A stretch of DNA of 64,000 nucleotides from Schizochytrium sp. TIO01 (Eukaryota > Protista > Bigyra: Labyrinthulomycetes), in contig SMSO01000014.1 of the NCBI GenBank assembly GCA_004764695.1, positions 3,157,648 to 3,221,647 of the forward strand, read 5' to 3'. Under the pieces are notes generated by a model. The model had not been told where the DNA came from, made no database searches, and worked only from the letters and a program-made list of their open reading frames with translations. Made by a program: the position numbers and the translations under genes. This document shows positions 37,482 through 49,320 of the stretch, in pieces. Position 1 is the stretch's first letter, and each line of letters opens with the position of its first letter.

Positions 37482-38744
37482 CTAAAAAAGCACATCAGGA
37501 GCGGTGGCATGGGGAGCAGAGATAGTCCAGAGCCCTTCGCGGACCTCTCGCTCTAGCTGCCCAGGGTTCCAAGTTGTCATTCCCATGATGACTTTAAGCC
37601 GAGTGTCGCGGAGCTGAGCCGCAGTAAAATTCTCCTCGAAATGCCTAAGTGTTGCATAATGACCGACGCAAAAGCCACCAATGTATGAGTTGGAACCCGG
37701 GATATCATCAAGCTGGTGAATAATAGTAACCGTGGTGTTCGTAAGCGAACCTCCTCGACCAAGCCAGACCCCGGACTCAACAACAGCCCGGCTCATCTGT
37801 CGTGCACAGACAATAGCCGATCCTTGAAGTCTCTCATTCAGGATCACTCCGCTTGCACCAAGGCGCTGATCAAAGTGTTCCACCAGCATCATCCTGCCTG
37901 CAAACTGCGGATTCGCATCCGATGCCTGCAAGAGACACCCGGATTGTATCACTGAGTTGGCAGGGCTTGCTGCCGGCGCAAAGATGATTGCCCTCGCTTC
38001 ATCATCATACGCGACCCCAGGACCTACGTCCACCGCTTCAGGTGCGAGATCCGCTCGAGGAGCTAAAATTTCGGCACCAACGCGAGCAGGTTGCGCCCTC
38101 TCGCGGTCCGCGTTATGCCTACGTGTTCTGCGGTGAGGCATTCCGTGGTAGTAATTAAAATCTGGTGGAAGACGCGGAACCGCTGGCGGAGGCCTTGGCG
38201 GTGGCTGAGTTTCCTGCGAGAACATGCGCCTTACGAAGCTGATAACGGTGGCGAAGACGAGCGACGCGAAGATAATCTGCAGAAGCAGAAGCACCGGGAC
38301 TGTGAAGAGTGCGGGCCCGATGATAAGAATTGGTCTCGAGGTCTTGATCCAGTTCCACGCCGACACGATAAGGGATTCTCTGGGCGGTGGTAGGCTGTAA
38401 CTAGCCTGGCAAACGGAGCATACTGAGGCCTTACGGTGGCTCTTGTTTCGAACACAAGCACCCTGCCACGCACGGAGGCATGCCACATGGACCCAGCGCT
38501 GCGTTCCTTTGCACTGGCATGGGGAGATCCACGCAGAACCTTCGAGGCAGGGTTTCGCGAGATCATCGCGGAGATGATTCGAAAGCCAAATCTTCAGTCG
38601 CGTCCACTGCGAGCCGTAGCTTTCATCACCGCCACACGCAGAAGAATCCAGGCAGATGCGGCATTGGCGAGGGTCGCAGTCATCCTGATCAGACGAGCAG
38701 GTGCCAGCCACGGCAGCCTCATGAGCCGTCTTAGGCGTCGCCAT
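37482..38744 (-). CDS. RING-CH (RINGv, C4HC3) E3 ligase-like domain + hydrophobic TM region + C-terminal DUF179 (YqgE/AlgH) domain, 420 aa
   Basis: RING-CH: CRIC...WISPCQCKGTQRWVHVACLRAW...CSVC. TM region: ILIIGPALFTVPVLLLLQIIFASLVFATVISFV. DUF179 motifs: GCLLQAS..PQFAGRMMLVEH, GASGVILNERL, GRGG, MGMTTWNPGQLEREVREGLW. Confidence 0.85.
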   Translation of the reverse strand: MATPKTAHEAAVAGTCSSDQDDCDPRQCRICLDSSACGGDESYGSQWTRLKIWLSNHLRDDLAKPCLEGSAWISPCQCKGTQRWVHVACLRAWQGACVRNKSHRKASVCSVCQASYSLPPPRESLIVSAWNWIKTSRPILIIGPALFTVPVLLLLQIIFASLVFATVISFVRRMFSQETQPPPRPPPAVPRLPPDFNYYHGMPHRRTRRHNADRERAQPARVGAEILAPRADLAPEAVDVGPGVAYDDEARAIIFAPAASPANSVIQSGCLLQASDANPQFAGRMMLVEHFDQRLGASGVILNERLQGSAIVCARQMSRAVVESGVWLGRGGSLTNTTVTIIHQLDDIPGSNSYIGGFCVGHYATLRHFEENFTAAQLRDTRLKVIMGMTTWNPGQLEREVREGLWTISAPHATAPDVLF

Positions 38745-39191
38745 GATGGTCTAGTACCTGCTAGACTTGAAAACCAACGGAGCAACCAGACGCAGTTCTG
38801 CGGCACAGATATGAACACTCAGACGCCCTGCCGGGATAGGGTCCGCCCCGGTGCTGGGCACGAGCGAGCGGGAGCGTGGAATCCGTCTCGATTCCGGATT
38901 TGAATTGCTTTCAAGTGAGCCTTTGAGATCACTAGGTACCTAGCTACTAAGTGTTCTGATTTGAATCGATTGACTCGAATGAATGATGATTGTTTTGATT
39001 CGAGAGAAACATATGGTAGAAAAGAAAACTCCTCTTTCTTTGCTTCTTTTCTCTTTCTTCTCTCTTTCTTTTCCCTTCCTTTAATCTATTACTGACTAGC
39101 TTAGGAGGAGCTCAGGGACTGCTAGAGTTAGAGCTGGGAAACCGCGCAGCCATCATCAGCTCTTCGATGCACAATAACAGTCAGCAATCAG

Positions 39192-39224
<33 letters not shown>
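39192..39224 (+). repeat. (TCAA)8 microsatellite
   Basis: Read directly from the sequence. Confidence 0.95.
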
Positions 39225-39745
39225 GGGTCCCTTTTGCGCGAGTGCAGTAGGCTTGTACACCCAGAATACCCACCCCTGCACGCCTTCAGAGCTTTTGCGC
39301 AGCAAGTCCCATTCATTCAAGCTCCTCCAAGTAAAAACCACATGACGGAGATGATTCATCTGTGATCGACGCCGGATTGACTGACTGACTGACGATCGAT
39401 CTTAAAGTAGAATTTATTGTACCCAGTGCCCGGTCTTGTGCTATTCGCGCCACCCCGACTTGCTGAGGTCTCTTTCGAGGCGCGAGTCCTACACGCGAGT
39501 AACGGACTGGTACGGACGCGGAGGAGGCTTTGTCACGACGCCTGCTTGAGCGACAGGTGAGAGCTGTCACCGTTAGTCAGACAGAGGAAAGAAAGCAGTC
39601 ATAGGTACGAATGTACGTACCCATCAATTCAATCAATCACTCTTCAGAGTAACTGCGCTCGCTGCGATGAAATTCTGATGATTCCTATGGAAAGGAAGAA
39701 GGAAAATGAGAAAATGAGAAAATGAGGAGAAAGTTTGTGCTTAAG

Positions 39746-39845
39746 TTAGCCTAGCTTAGCTTAGCTTAGCTTAACCATACAACCAATCATCACTCAGGCA
39801 GTGAAAGAAAGAAAGAAAGAAAGAAAAAAAGAAAAAGAAAGAAAG
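39746..39845 (+). repeat. (TTAGC)n and (GAAA)n microsatellites
   Basis: 39746-39773 and 39803-39845, read directly. Confidence 0.9.
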
Positions 39846-41735
39846 ATTTCTATGAGCAATACGGAATGTCCAAAGGATCAGCGAATGAACCGTGAAATGG
39901 CGGCGCGAGAAGCCCTCTTTAGGCTGCTAGTGAGGGAAATCAGGCTCGGAGAGGGGTCATGAAGATCGAAAGCAGAGAGAAAGACTCGAGCGAGCTTTGC
40001 CTTTCGCCTTAATGGCCACAGCATCATATGCACGCACTTGCTTATCTTAGTTTCAATTGTAAGTAAGAAAGACCTTGCGAGATCAGGTTGAAAACAGTCA
40101 TGCCTTCTGTGCAGGCAGGTCTTAGCGATTGGGCTAAGAGTGCCATAGCGGGTCTGTTCGTTTGAGCGCCTCTTTTCAAGCTCTGCAGTCATGGTGTAAT
40201 CCATGTATCTATGAAAGCAGTTCTTGCGAACAACCTCAATCGGCGCTGCTGAGACTGTGGCTTCTCATAGGTTTCCACCGGCACCTTTCACGGCGGACGC
40301 GGCTCTGCAGAGAACCGGCGAGGGTGGCCTAGGCTTTGGATGTATCATGAAGTGGAAATGAAATGAAACACAGCTCCACAATTACAAACTTTTGGACCTC
40401 TGACTCTGACTAGCAGCTTCACACCTAGGCGCTACGCTAGGACCTCCCTAGCAGCAGGCAGGTAGCACCTACCTAGTACCTGCCTAGCGTCCGACCATTG
40501 TTTTCTCAATTCAGGTACTAGTCACTCTTGCTTTCCACCCTAAGGACCTCCTATGCTAAACACTAGGCATGCATGCGCCGGCGAGGCGATCAAAACATAG
40601 AACTCAATGAATGCAATCCGGAATAGATGTAGAGACCCAGATCAATGACCAGCACTGCAAAGATGGGAAAGCAGGCGGGGCGAGTGACGAAAGACAGGCC
40701 CTTGGAGGGAGGGGCTGGAGGGGCTCTGAGCTGCAGGCAGCCGGCTTCTGGCCGCCTTTCCGGCTTGGAATTCGAAGAGGGTGTGTCTGTTGTTGTAAAT
40801 CACTGTTTCCGCGACCCTGCGCAAGGGCAGACATACCGGTTCCCAATTGGCACTGGCGGAAAAGACGCACCGCAAGTAAACTATATACACAGTGATCCCA
40901 GTTTGTTCCACTTGTAGAGGGTTTGCTCAAAGTAGAGTATAGCCTCTATACTCTGCTTTCGCAAGTGTACTTTGCTTGCGGAACCACACCGTCTCTCCCG
41001 CCCCGGGTCTTGTAAATGGCCGTGGTAGTATCTCTCTTTTTGCTTTATTGTTCTCTAGAAAATTAAGTTATTTTAGTTTCTTTTCTTTTCTTTGCTTTTC
41101 TTTGCTTTTCTTTCTTTGCTTTTCTCCCTCGAAACTTTTTTTTTTTTTGGCTTCTATGTGGCGGATAATATCAACCTTGGGGTTGATGGGATCGAGCCCA
41201 GTGAGACCATGGATCTGGGAGGAAACTTTCAAGTTCGAGTTCGAGTTCAAGTTCAAGGTCAAGTCTCAAGATGATGATAGGCTGAGCCTGGGCTTGATTA
41301 ACTTCAAGACCGGGTGCTAGCCAATCAATCGCCACTTCAATCTGGGACCAATAACGAGAATTGCCGGCTTTGGTTTGAAGTTCTCGGCCTACCAGGTCGA
41401 ATTGAAGGCGTTTTATGTGGTGTATATTCTGTTGGGCTTTTTCTCATTCGCTCGTTTTGCCTGGGTCTTTTGTTTGTTCATGAATGGATGAATGAACTTG
41501 ACTCACTCACTCACTCAATCAATCAATCGATCGATCGCCGTTGTTGCTAGGATCGCGAGTCATGCGTCGGCAATGAATAACTTGACCTTGTTGTTTATAC
41601 AACAATCCATGGTTTTGTTCATGAATAAACCATGATTGGATAATTCGGCGGTTCGTGGGCCCATTCACTCATTTGCCCTCGCAGATCATGCATAACCGGT
41701 GGACGTCGATACCTTCGCCGGTGATGCCCATACTT

Positions 41736-41769
41736 TGCATGCATGCATGCATGCATGCATGCATGCATG
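41736..41769. repeat. (GCAT)8 self-complementary microsatellite
   Basis: Read directly; palindromic repeat with alternating purine-pyrimidine. Confidence 0.95.
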
Positions 41770-42392
41770 TCTTGAGTCTTTCTACTTCTCCGCAGGCCCT
41801 CTCCACCAACCAACCAGCCAACCAACACGTCTTTAGCTCAAGCTCTTCCTTCTTCAACAACCCATGAAGAAGTAAGTCAGTCTTCAACCCCAATAACAGC
41901 AACGACAACTCCAACTCGAACGACTCCTGCAATAGATAGATAGTGCAGCGCCTATCACCATTGGACAGAAGATTGGGCTCGAAGAAAGAAAGACAGACAG
42001 AGAGAGAGAGCCTCAGAGAGAGCCACAGAGAGAGGGATGAAGAGAGAGGGAGGGAGAGGGAGAGGAAGAAGCTGCTGCGACTGAAGCTGAAGCGTGCGAG
42101 AGGAGATCGGGCGCCGCGCAAGGAAGGACATACTGCGTGGCATTCGCCTCGAGAAGTTCCTGCCTCGCCGCCTTTCCTCCAAATCGCAGTTCTTGCGGAA
42201 GAACCCCACCCCGCCGCTATCATCCGCACCCCCCCTTCTCGTCTACGCTGCAATGGAAAGTTACTCGTGCGGATGATAAGGGAAACAAGGATGCAAACAC
42301 AACACTGACTCAAGCAAGGGCTCGTAAGAGTGCTCGTAGTACTTCAATCAAAGCCCTATAAGGCCGGATAGGTGTAAGCGGTAGGATAGCGT

Positions 42393-42421
42393 CATTTTCA
42401 TTTTCATTTTCATTTTCATTT
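42393..42421 (+). repeat. (CATTTT)n microsatellite
   Basis: Read directly from the sequence. Confidence 0.9.
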
Positions 42422-42754
42422 TTTTTTGTTTAGTATTTTTACGTAATTAGGCCAATACGATATGTCTTATATAACTCCTTTTTCTCTCTCTGTTGGTCAA
42501 AAGTTCTATGAGTAAGATCTGTGAAGAATAAGCGCGAATAAATAAATGGCGAGTTTGAGGTTGAGGTTGGCTTCGAGACACGAGAACTTCATCTGCGCAG
42601 AGAGCAAAGACCCGTCATCGATGCGTACCTAATGCGGGAAAGACCGCAAGTTCGCGAGGGAGGGAGGGCGACGATGATGGTGATTAGGTCGCCAACACCG
42701 GCGCCTGAGGTGGTTCAGCAAGGCGCTGAAGAAGGCCTCCTTCAAGTACTGGTA

Positions 42755-42802
42755 CAAGAACAAGAACAAGAACAAGAACAAGAACAAGAACAAGAACAAG
42801 AA
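42755..42802 (+). repeat. (CAAGAA)8 microsatellite
   Basis: Read directly from the sequence. Confidence 0.95.
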
Positions 42803-43029
42803 GCTGAAGAACTACGGCAGCTACCAGTTAGGTAGGCGCGCAGTAGTACCTAGCCAGCCAGCAGGTACGAGGTTTTCATAGGATACTAAGGGGGTGGTTT
42901 TTGAATGAGAGCGGCGCGTATGATACCAGACTCGGAGTCGACCGCAGACCTTCAGAAGTTTGAATTCTCTTGCGATGGATCTGATGGATCTGAAGGATCT
43001 GTTCACCGATTGAGACTTGACTCCATTTG

Positions 43030-44100
43030 TTTGTTGATCTGCGCGGCAACCAATTCGAAAAAGATGAGGAGGTCATGGAGCGAGAAGCGAAGCAGACCGC
43101 GCAGGCTGCAAGGCTGGGGAGAGAGGAAGCGACGCTGAGTGACCGCAGCAAACTTTGTGGAAGGCCGCGGGGCTTGCTTGCAGGTGGACCCGGAGAACTT
43201 GGCGCGTTTCCCACGACGGAAGCTTAGTTAGACTCGGCTGTCTTCACGTCTAAGGCGCAGCAGGATGCTGACGAAGAGGCAAGGAAAACAAACTTGAAGA
43301 TACCTGCGACAGAATGGAGGAGCGTGTGTCACACGAGAGGCAGAGGAGCGTCCAATTGCAAGAAAGCGCATGGGCCGCACAGAAGACAACCAATCCTCCG
43401 TTTGAACCCAAGGGTCTCCTGCCCTCCATCAATAAGTTGTACTCTGGTGGAGCATTCAAGATGATAAATGTCGTGCATGGTGCGAGTGCGAGAGCGGACC
43501 ACTCGTTGGCTCTTCGTCATCTTGCAAAATTTGCAACGAGCTTCTCTCATTCGGTCAAATTATCATCCACAAGCTCATATCATGAACCAGACCAGCAGTT
43601 TCACAAACAGCCGGAGACAGAGTCCGCACTAGGCTCCAAGCAATCTTACTCAGGCAAGCTCAACGCAGTTGAGCATGCCAATTGAGCTTGCCTGAAGGAG
43701 GATTACCAACTCATTCCCCCAGCATACACTACACTCTGCATTACTTCGTCACTTCATCACTTCATTCACCAGCATGTGTGGATAGCTCGTTCGCCTCGTC
43801 AACCTCCGTCGCCTCGACAGGGCACCAGAGCGGCGCTAGCTGTATTCTTCAAGTTGGCACAATGTTGTGCAATTCATGCAGTTTGATTTTCACCGAGCTC
43901 GGGCAGCTCAGTCTCGTGAGCCTGAGAGAGGCACAGACCTTTGAAAGCACAGTGGTGGCCTGCTGTGGTTTGTTTCTAACGGTTGAGAACGCGCTCTTGC
44001 CTCGGCTGTTTCTTGGGAGTTGCTCTTAATACCAGTGCTAGAACTTGGATGTAGCTGACGCAAATGTACCAAAGCCTGAAGAGCCTCCCTGCGGAAGCCC
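43030..44100 (+). pseudogene. decayed LRR gene of intracellular-type repeat class (LPxSIxxL / CxxLxxLP)
   Basis: VDLRGNQF (43033-43056), LLPSINKLYS/LVE, FATSFSHSVKL, LVRLVNLRRLD (43786-43818), ELGQLSLVSLRE (43895-43930), CT/SLKSLPAE (44073-44096); many frameshifts. Confidence 0.5.
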
Positions 44101-44533
44101 AAGCTCGACCCGTGAGATCTCTTTCTTGTACAATCATGCATTGTAATGTACCTGGGTTGTTCCATCATGAGCGTGATGGGCTTTCTTATTCGGCGGACTT
44201 GCGTTCCAGAGAGAAGTGGCGGAAATACAAGACCGGAGGAAGAAATTCTCTTTGTTTTCAAGAAATGTCTTTCAAGTTTTTTATAATATTAAAAAATAAA
44301 ATACTACTACTAGTAAGTTTTTCTGCTAGAGTAGCACATAGGACCAAGTGATCGTCGAACACTATGAACAAGCAAGGTACCCAGCTAGATACCTCTAGCT
44401 AGGCATGTAGGACATGGTTTGCCCGCCTCTCGCCGTCGTTATCAACTTGTTGGAGGTGCGACTAAAGAAAGAACTAAAAGACAGTACTGTTATTAGGTAG
44501 GATACATCTATATGATTATACGTGACCTTCAAT

Positions 44534-45822
44534 TCAATTGCTTAGGGTCGAATGGGAGATTTGGCAGGACAAATAAGTAAAGCGTGGGAATCTTTGTTGA
44601 GGTTTTAGGCTACCTCGTAAATGGCGAAATTGACATTGTTGAATCGATGCGCTCGATTCTACGAAAATCAAATTTGCGAATTTTAATGTCATACTCAGAA
44701 TATATTTCATATAACATTGATAGAGTGGAGATGGGGAAGTCTGGTCGCAAATATCAATCACCTAAGTCCCCTTTTCCCTGTTATCTTTTCCCTTTTTATT
44801 TTTAAAGTTTCAACTGATTTTTCTCTAGAACGCGAGATTCTCTCAAATACGTATCAAGTAGCAAGCCTTTTCGAAAACCAAACTGAACAAGATAGTGAGT
44901 GACCTAGGAAGTAATGTCTCGCGAGAGTATAATACACAGGCAATAGTGGCAAATATGGAAATCAATCAATATTGAAGAGTCGTTGAGTCTGTAAGCTATA
45001 GTCACATTGGTTAGCTATCTAAGCGAAAAATTGCCGAATATACAAAACAGTACTCTTTCATACTCAAGCTTTAGCAGAGCAATCTAGCAAAACTTATTGC
45101 AAATTTGCGAAACAAAATCAAACGAGTTTGCTCGGAGACAGAATATATTAGACCTTTTAGGGTGAGAGATATCTCACCTCAACACAGATGAATGAAATTT
45201 AAAAAATTAATAAAGTCACACTTGTAGTTTTAAAATCACGTTAGATTTGATCAGTCTTTTGTAGACCTTGGCGCTTTCAACGCGCTTGCCTTATCAAGCA
45301 TTAATACAGGTTTTGCCATTCAAAGTCTTTTAGAGGACGCATCTAAACCTGCAGTCAGTTATAGATTCTTCGTTCTCTCGAGGCTGCCTTTGATTTCTCT
45401 GATTGGAACTCGGACCCCTCTGGCTTAAAATGGTTTGCGAAGAACCCTGGCAAAGTTTTCTCAACATGATTATTCCCTTCATCGTCTCAGCAGGGATGTG
45501 CAGTACATACCGATACGATGAATTGCGCGTAATCTTTGCAGCTAGCTTCAATATAACTTCATGTAAAAGTGAAAGTTTTTCAATGAGGATGACACCTTAT
45601 CTAGAGTATTACCCAATAGTTTATGCATCTCTAGAGTCGTGATTTATCTTGAACAATACATTGTACATGGCATTCTAGACGAATTATGTATAATTTCAAG
45701 ATTTTGGGAAACTTTGAATTTGTCATTAAATAATTATGATAGCCTTTCAATGTCATGCAAGTTACTCCAATAGTACTGGAGTGAAGCTGTTCACAGTCAT
45801 GTGGGGAGATCCCAGGAAGCAA
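44534..45822 (-). pseudogene. decayed typical-class LRR gene segment
   Basis: FPKILKLYII; VLHIPAETMKGIIMLRKL (LxxIPxxTFxGLxxLxxL register); ASIQQCQFRHLRGSL; FPRFTYLSCQISHSTL. Confidence 0.5.
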
Positions 45823-46748
45823 TTGGCTAAACCTAGCAGCATGTTATAATCATGGTCTCATCTATTCTACATCTTTTGTTAGATTTCTTTAGAAAAAACA
45901 CACTGTGTGAACAAAATTCAACTTTGCTAAGACAAATTTGTGTTAGGATTTCACGGCCAGAGTATTTGACAGCTTGTTAATACTTTTGTCGAAATTAAAT
46001 GAACAGGTGCTGTAGGTTTGATTCTGAATCCTGTCATATAGCTCGGTGGACTATCAGAGAGTGTTGTCGGCGCTTTGAACTAATCACTTTATGGGCGAGT
46101 AAACAAAAGCACGAGAAATTTCGTCAGGCACACTTTGATGATGTAGATAGATAGATGCTATGAATCCTTTGTATTCAATCTCGACAAAGATATCGAGTAG
46201 AATGCGCACTTTATCCTTAAAGCATACATTCTGTGAACAATCGAAGACCATTCATACTTCTACCACTATACTGATGACACTGCGGCGACATTTTAGTATA
46301 CTCCAAACTTTCGTTTGGCTTGGCTAAAGAGATGAAAGCAAAGCTGTATTCGATTGACTAACAATTGATATCGCTAAATAGTAAATGTTGTTTTCTAAAC
46401 CCACAAGAGCTTAAAGAATCAAAATATCCTTTTTAGAATTATGTAGAATGTATTCGTTGCGATATACACTTAGTCCAATGCACAAAAAAAAGCATGTATC
46501 ATGGCTTCTAATTCATTAAAGGCCTCGAAATATAAGTATGCATGGAAATATCAAACGTAGATAAGCCAGTCTTGTATATGTGTGCTCTAACACAGTTGAA
46601 TTTGCAAGATTTGGACTTATGTTATACACAACATTAAACACAAACTCTATGAGGCAAGCTTGTCATACAAATTAGCACAATACTTAGCGACAAACGCAGA
46701 ACATGTGATTACCAAAAGCAGTAGCAGCAAAGTGGTCGCTGCTCTATA

Positions 46749-47720
46749 TTACGAAAGAAATAGTGAAGAAATAGAGTCAAGTTCACGTCGTAAAGCCTCG
46801 ACCTGAGCTTCGAGATCTGCTCTGTTTACAAGCAATTCATCACGCTGAGTACTAACACTCTTCACCTGGAATTTGAGTGATGATATTGTGTCACGACTTG
46901 AAGAAAGCTCAACTTCGATCTCTTGTTTGCGTTTGAATGCAGAATCTGCCCGCGCTTGTGAGGATGCGATGGCCTTCTCCGCTTTTTCAGCGCGAGCTTC
47001 AGCTGCAAGTTGTAATTCTTTTGCAACCTTCGCCAGTGTCTGTGCCTCTTGACATTGAGATCGTAATGATGCCTGCAATGATTGCTCTTCGCGGAGTTTT
47101 GCTTTTGCTGACTCTGCGCTGGCCAGTGCTTTGTTTGCAGTCCTCTCCAGCTCTGCAACGTGCTCTTTATTTCGAATAGCTTGCATGGCGGCATTCTTCT
47201 CAAACTCTAAGTCCTCGATCCGTTTAGCCTCTTGCTCTAATGTCACACGTAACTCTCGATCTTGGCGGTTGAGTTTAGCAATAAGATCCTCAAGTTGTTT
47301 AGTGTTTGATCGACTCGACTCAAGGTTTTCTTCGAGGTCTGCAACTACACCTTGTAGACGCATACGTTGTTGCTTTTCTCTGCGTACCTCTTCCTCCGCA
47401 TTCTCTAGCTTGTTCTTCATCTCTCTTACAGCTTCGACGATGCTCTTCCCAGACCCTAGCGCAGGAACATACGATGCGTTGATTCCATGTCCTCTATTAA
47501 CTGTGGCCGAAACGTGACTGCTTGCAGAACTCCTTGATCGTGATCGGGATTGATGAGAAGGAGAAAACCCCGATGCAGACTTCTGTTCAACATCACTCTG
47601 TATTGATGATCTTCGAGACCCAGGACTTTTCGTGGGATTCGAATAGCCTGCAGATGCTGCAGATTTACTTGTCATATAGTTACCGACATTTTTATGTGCG
47701 CGGACTCGTGGACTCGACAT
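46749..47720 (-). CDS. coiled-coil protein of unknown function, 323 aa
   Basis: ATG-initiated 323-codon ORF; Ser/Arg-rich disordered N-terminus followed by about 220 aa of E/K/A/L/Q heptad-rich sequence. Confidence 0.85.
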   Translation of the reverse strand: MSSPRVRAHKNVGNYMTSKSAASAGYSNPTKSPGSRRSSIQSDVEQKSASGFSPSHQSRSRSRSSASSHVSATVNRGHGINASYVPALGSGKSIVEAVREMKNKLENAEEEVRREKQQRMRLQGVVADLEENLESSRSNTKQLEDLIAKLNRQDRELRVTLEQEAKRIEDLEFEKNAAMQAIRNKEHVAELERTANKALASAESAKAKLREEQSLQASLRSQCQEAQTLAKVAKELQLAAEARAEKAEKAIASSQARADSAFKRKQEIEVELSSSRDTISSLKFQVKSVSTQRDELLVNRADLEAQVEALRRELDSISSLFLS

Positions 47721-47768
47721 TGCCTTGCACGAGACAATCTATCCCAATAAAATTGTGTCTTGATATTT

Positions 47769-48014
47769 TCAATCACCAATGAAAGCTTGACCTAGATTTA
47801 AACTTTTCAAATGTGTGATCAGTTTACGTGGTAAATTCCTCCAAAAATCGATGGATAGATTCTTCAAGCAAGCAATAAAAGTATTCTCATGGATTACGAG
47901 AAAGCCACTGGAGACATGTATTATCAACTTTGATATTTCAGGACAAATAATGGCGCTTTCCGACAAAGGACAAGATGCCTGTTTATCCAAGAAGGCGGAT
48001 ATGTCCCACTTCAA
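47769..48014 (-). pseudogene. decayed LRR fragment
   Basis: CPEISKLIIHVSSGFLVIHENTFIACLKNLSID..LPRKLITHLKSLNLGQAFI. Confidence 0.55.
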
Positions 48015-49034
48015 ACCACAATATTTCTATTTGCTACAGATACCACACTGCACTGCAGTGCTTGTGTCCACGTTTTGCTCCTTTGCAGCCTGGCTTGGAT
48101 CTTGCGACCTCCTTCGCTTGCTCTAGAAAATGCTTTCACGCATGCATTCTAAATCCACAAATGCTAGAATCAATTAGGAAGGTCACCTGATCACCTGGGT
48201 GAGTTCTTCAATTCAATAGTATTTCCAAAACAGAGATTTAAAAGGAAGAGAATGACAACGTTCTAATGCTCATTTTGTGCACAATCTCGCATTATCAACA
48301 GGCATAGCGCTCACTTCTTCTATCTATCACTACTACTTCCTAGCTCTACTTCATAAAAGTTTCCGTTGACATAATAAGTCTGTTTACACCCCCCTGCTGT
48401 CTTCTTGGACGTACTATAATTAGAACATTGGAATTGGGAGGGGTATACACTAGACAAGATGAGTAAAACGGAATTCCCGATAGTTTTTTTTTAAAAAGAT
48501 GTTAAATTAACGGGAAATACCGACATTACATTTCACTTTTTAATTTAATTTAATTAAAAATAAAAAGCTAAGCGACGAAGGTTTAAACCACATATAATTG
48601 AAATCGTACGAAAAGCTGAGTGGTACGACCTCCCTAGTGCTAGACGTCCTTCTTTCGAATGGATGGAGGTGAAAATCTAGAAGCAAATAGCCAAAATGCT
48701 TAGGCACGCTTCAAGTTTATGAAAAGCAGGATAACTCTTTCAAGCTTTGCGAAGACAAGTTTGGACTAGAATGTAGCTTGAACTTCAAAGTAGCGCGACG
48801 GCACCCATAACATTCCCGGCTAAATTTCCATAAAGCCGACAATTTACTTTTCGCTGCTCAGCTCAGGCTTGCCCTTGTGTTGTTGTTCGTATAGGTACTC
48901 AGTTATCCGCAACTTCACAATTGAAGGCTGCAACTCGTGTCAAATAATAAAATAAATAAATAGAGACACACTTACTGATGCTCTCATTTGTAGACGAGAT
49001 GAGGTAAAAGGCATGCCTACCAGTAGCATAATCA

Positions 49035-49320
49035 TCCGAAGTTGTCTAACTTGTGAAGGTCTTCTCACTAATGACAGTATAACATTTCCAGAGTCCGACT
49101 TATTTTAGGGCTTTTAGGTTCTCTCCATGTAAGTGTCAACTCTCGTCTCAGCCACTAGGGTAGTAAGCACATAGTACTCCAAATTAGTGGCAGGAGCTGT
49201 AATTTGGCCATTCATTGGCCCAAATCACCGCAAAGTTGAAGCCTTTGAACAACTAAGATGTGAGCGACGGCCTGTTGAGATAGACGCCGGAAATGTCAAG
49301 TTCAAATATTTGTAACAGAG
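49035..49320 (-). pseudogene. decayed LRR fragment
   Basis: ENLKALK*VGLWKCYTVISEKTFTS*TT (about 49035-49125); FELDISG; ATNLEY. Confidence 0.4.

Noticed and set aside
41170-41240. tRNA T-arm-like GGGCTCGATCCC on the minus strand
   Set aside because: No acceptor stem, D arm or anticodon arm can be formed
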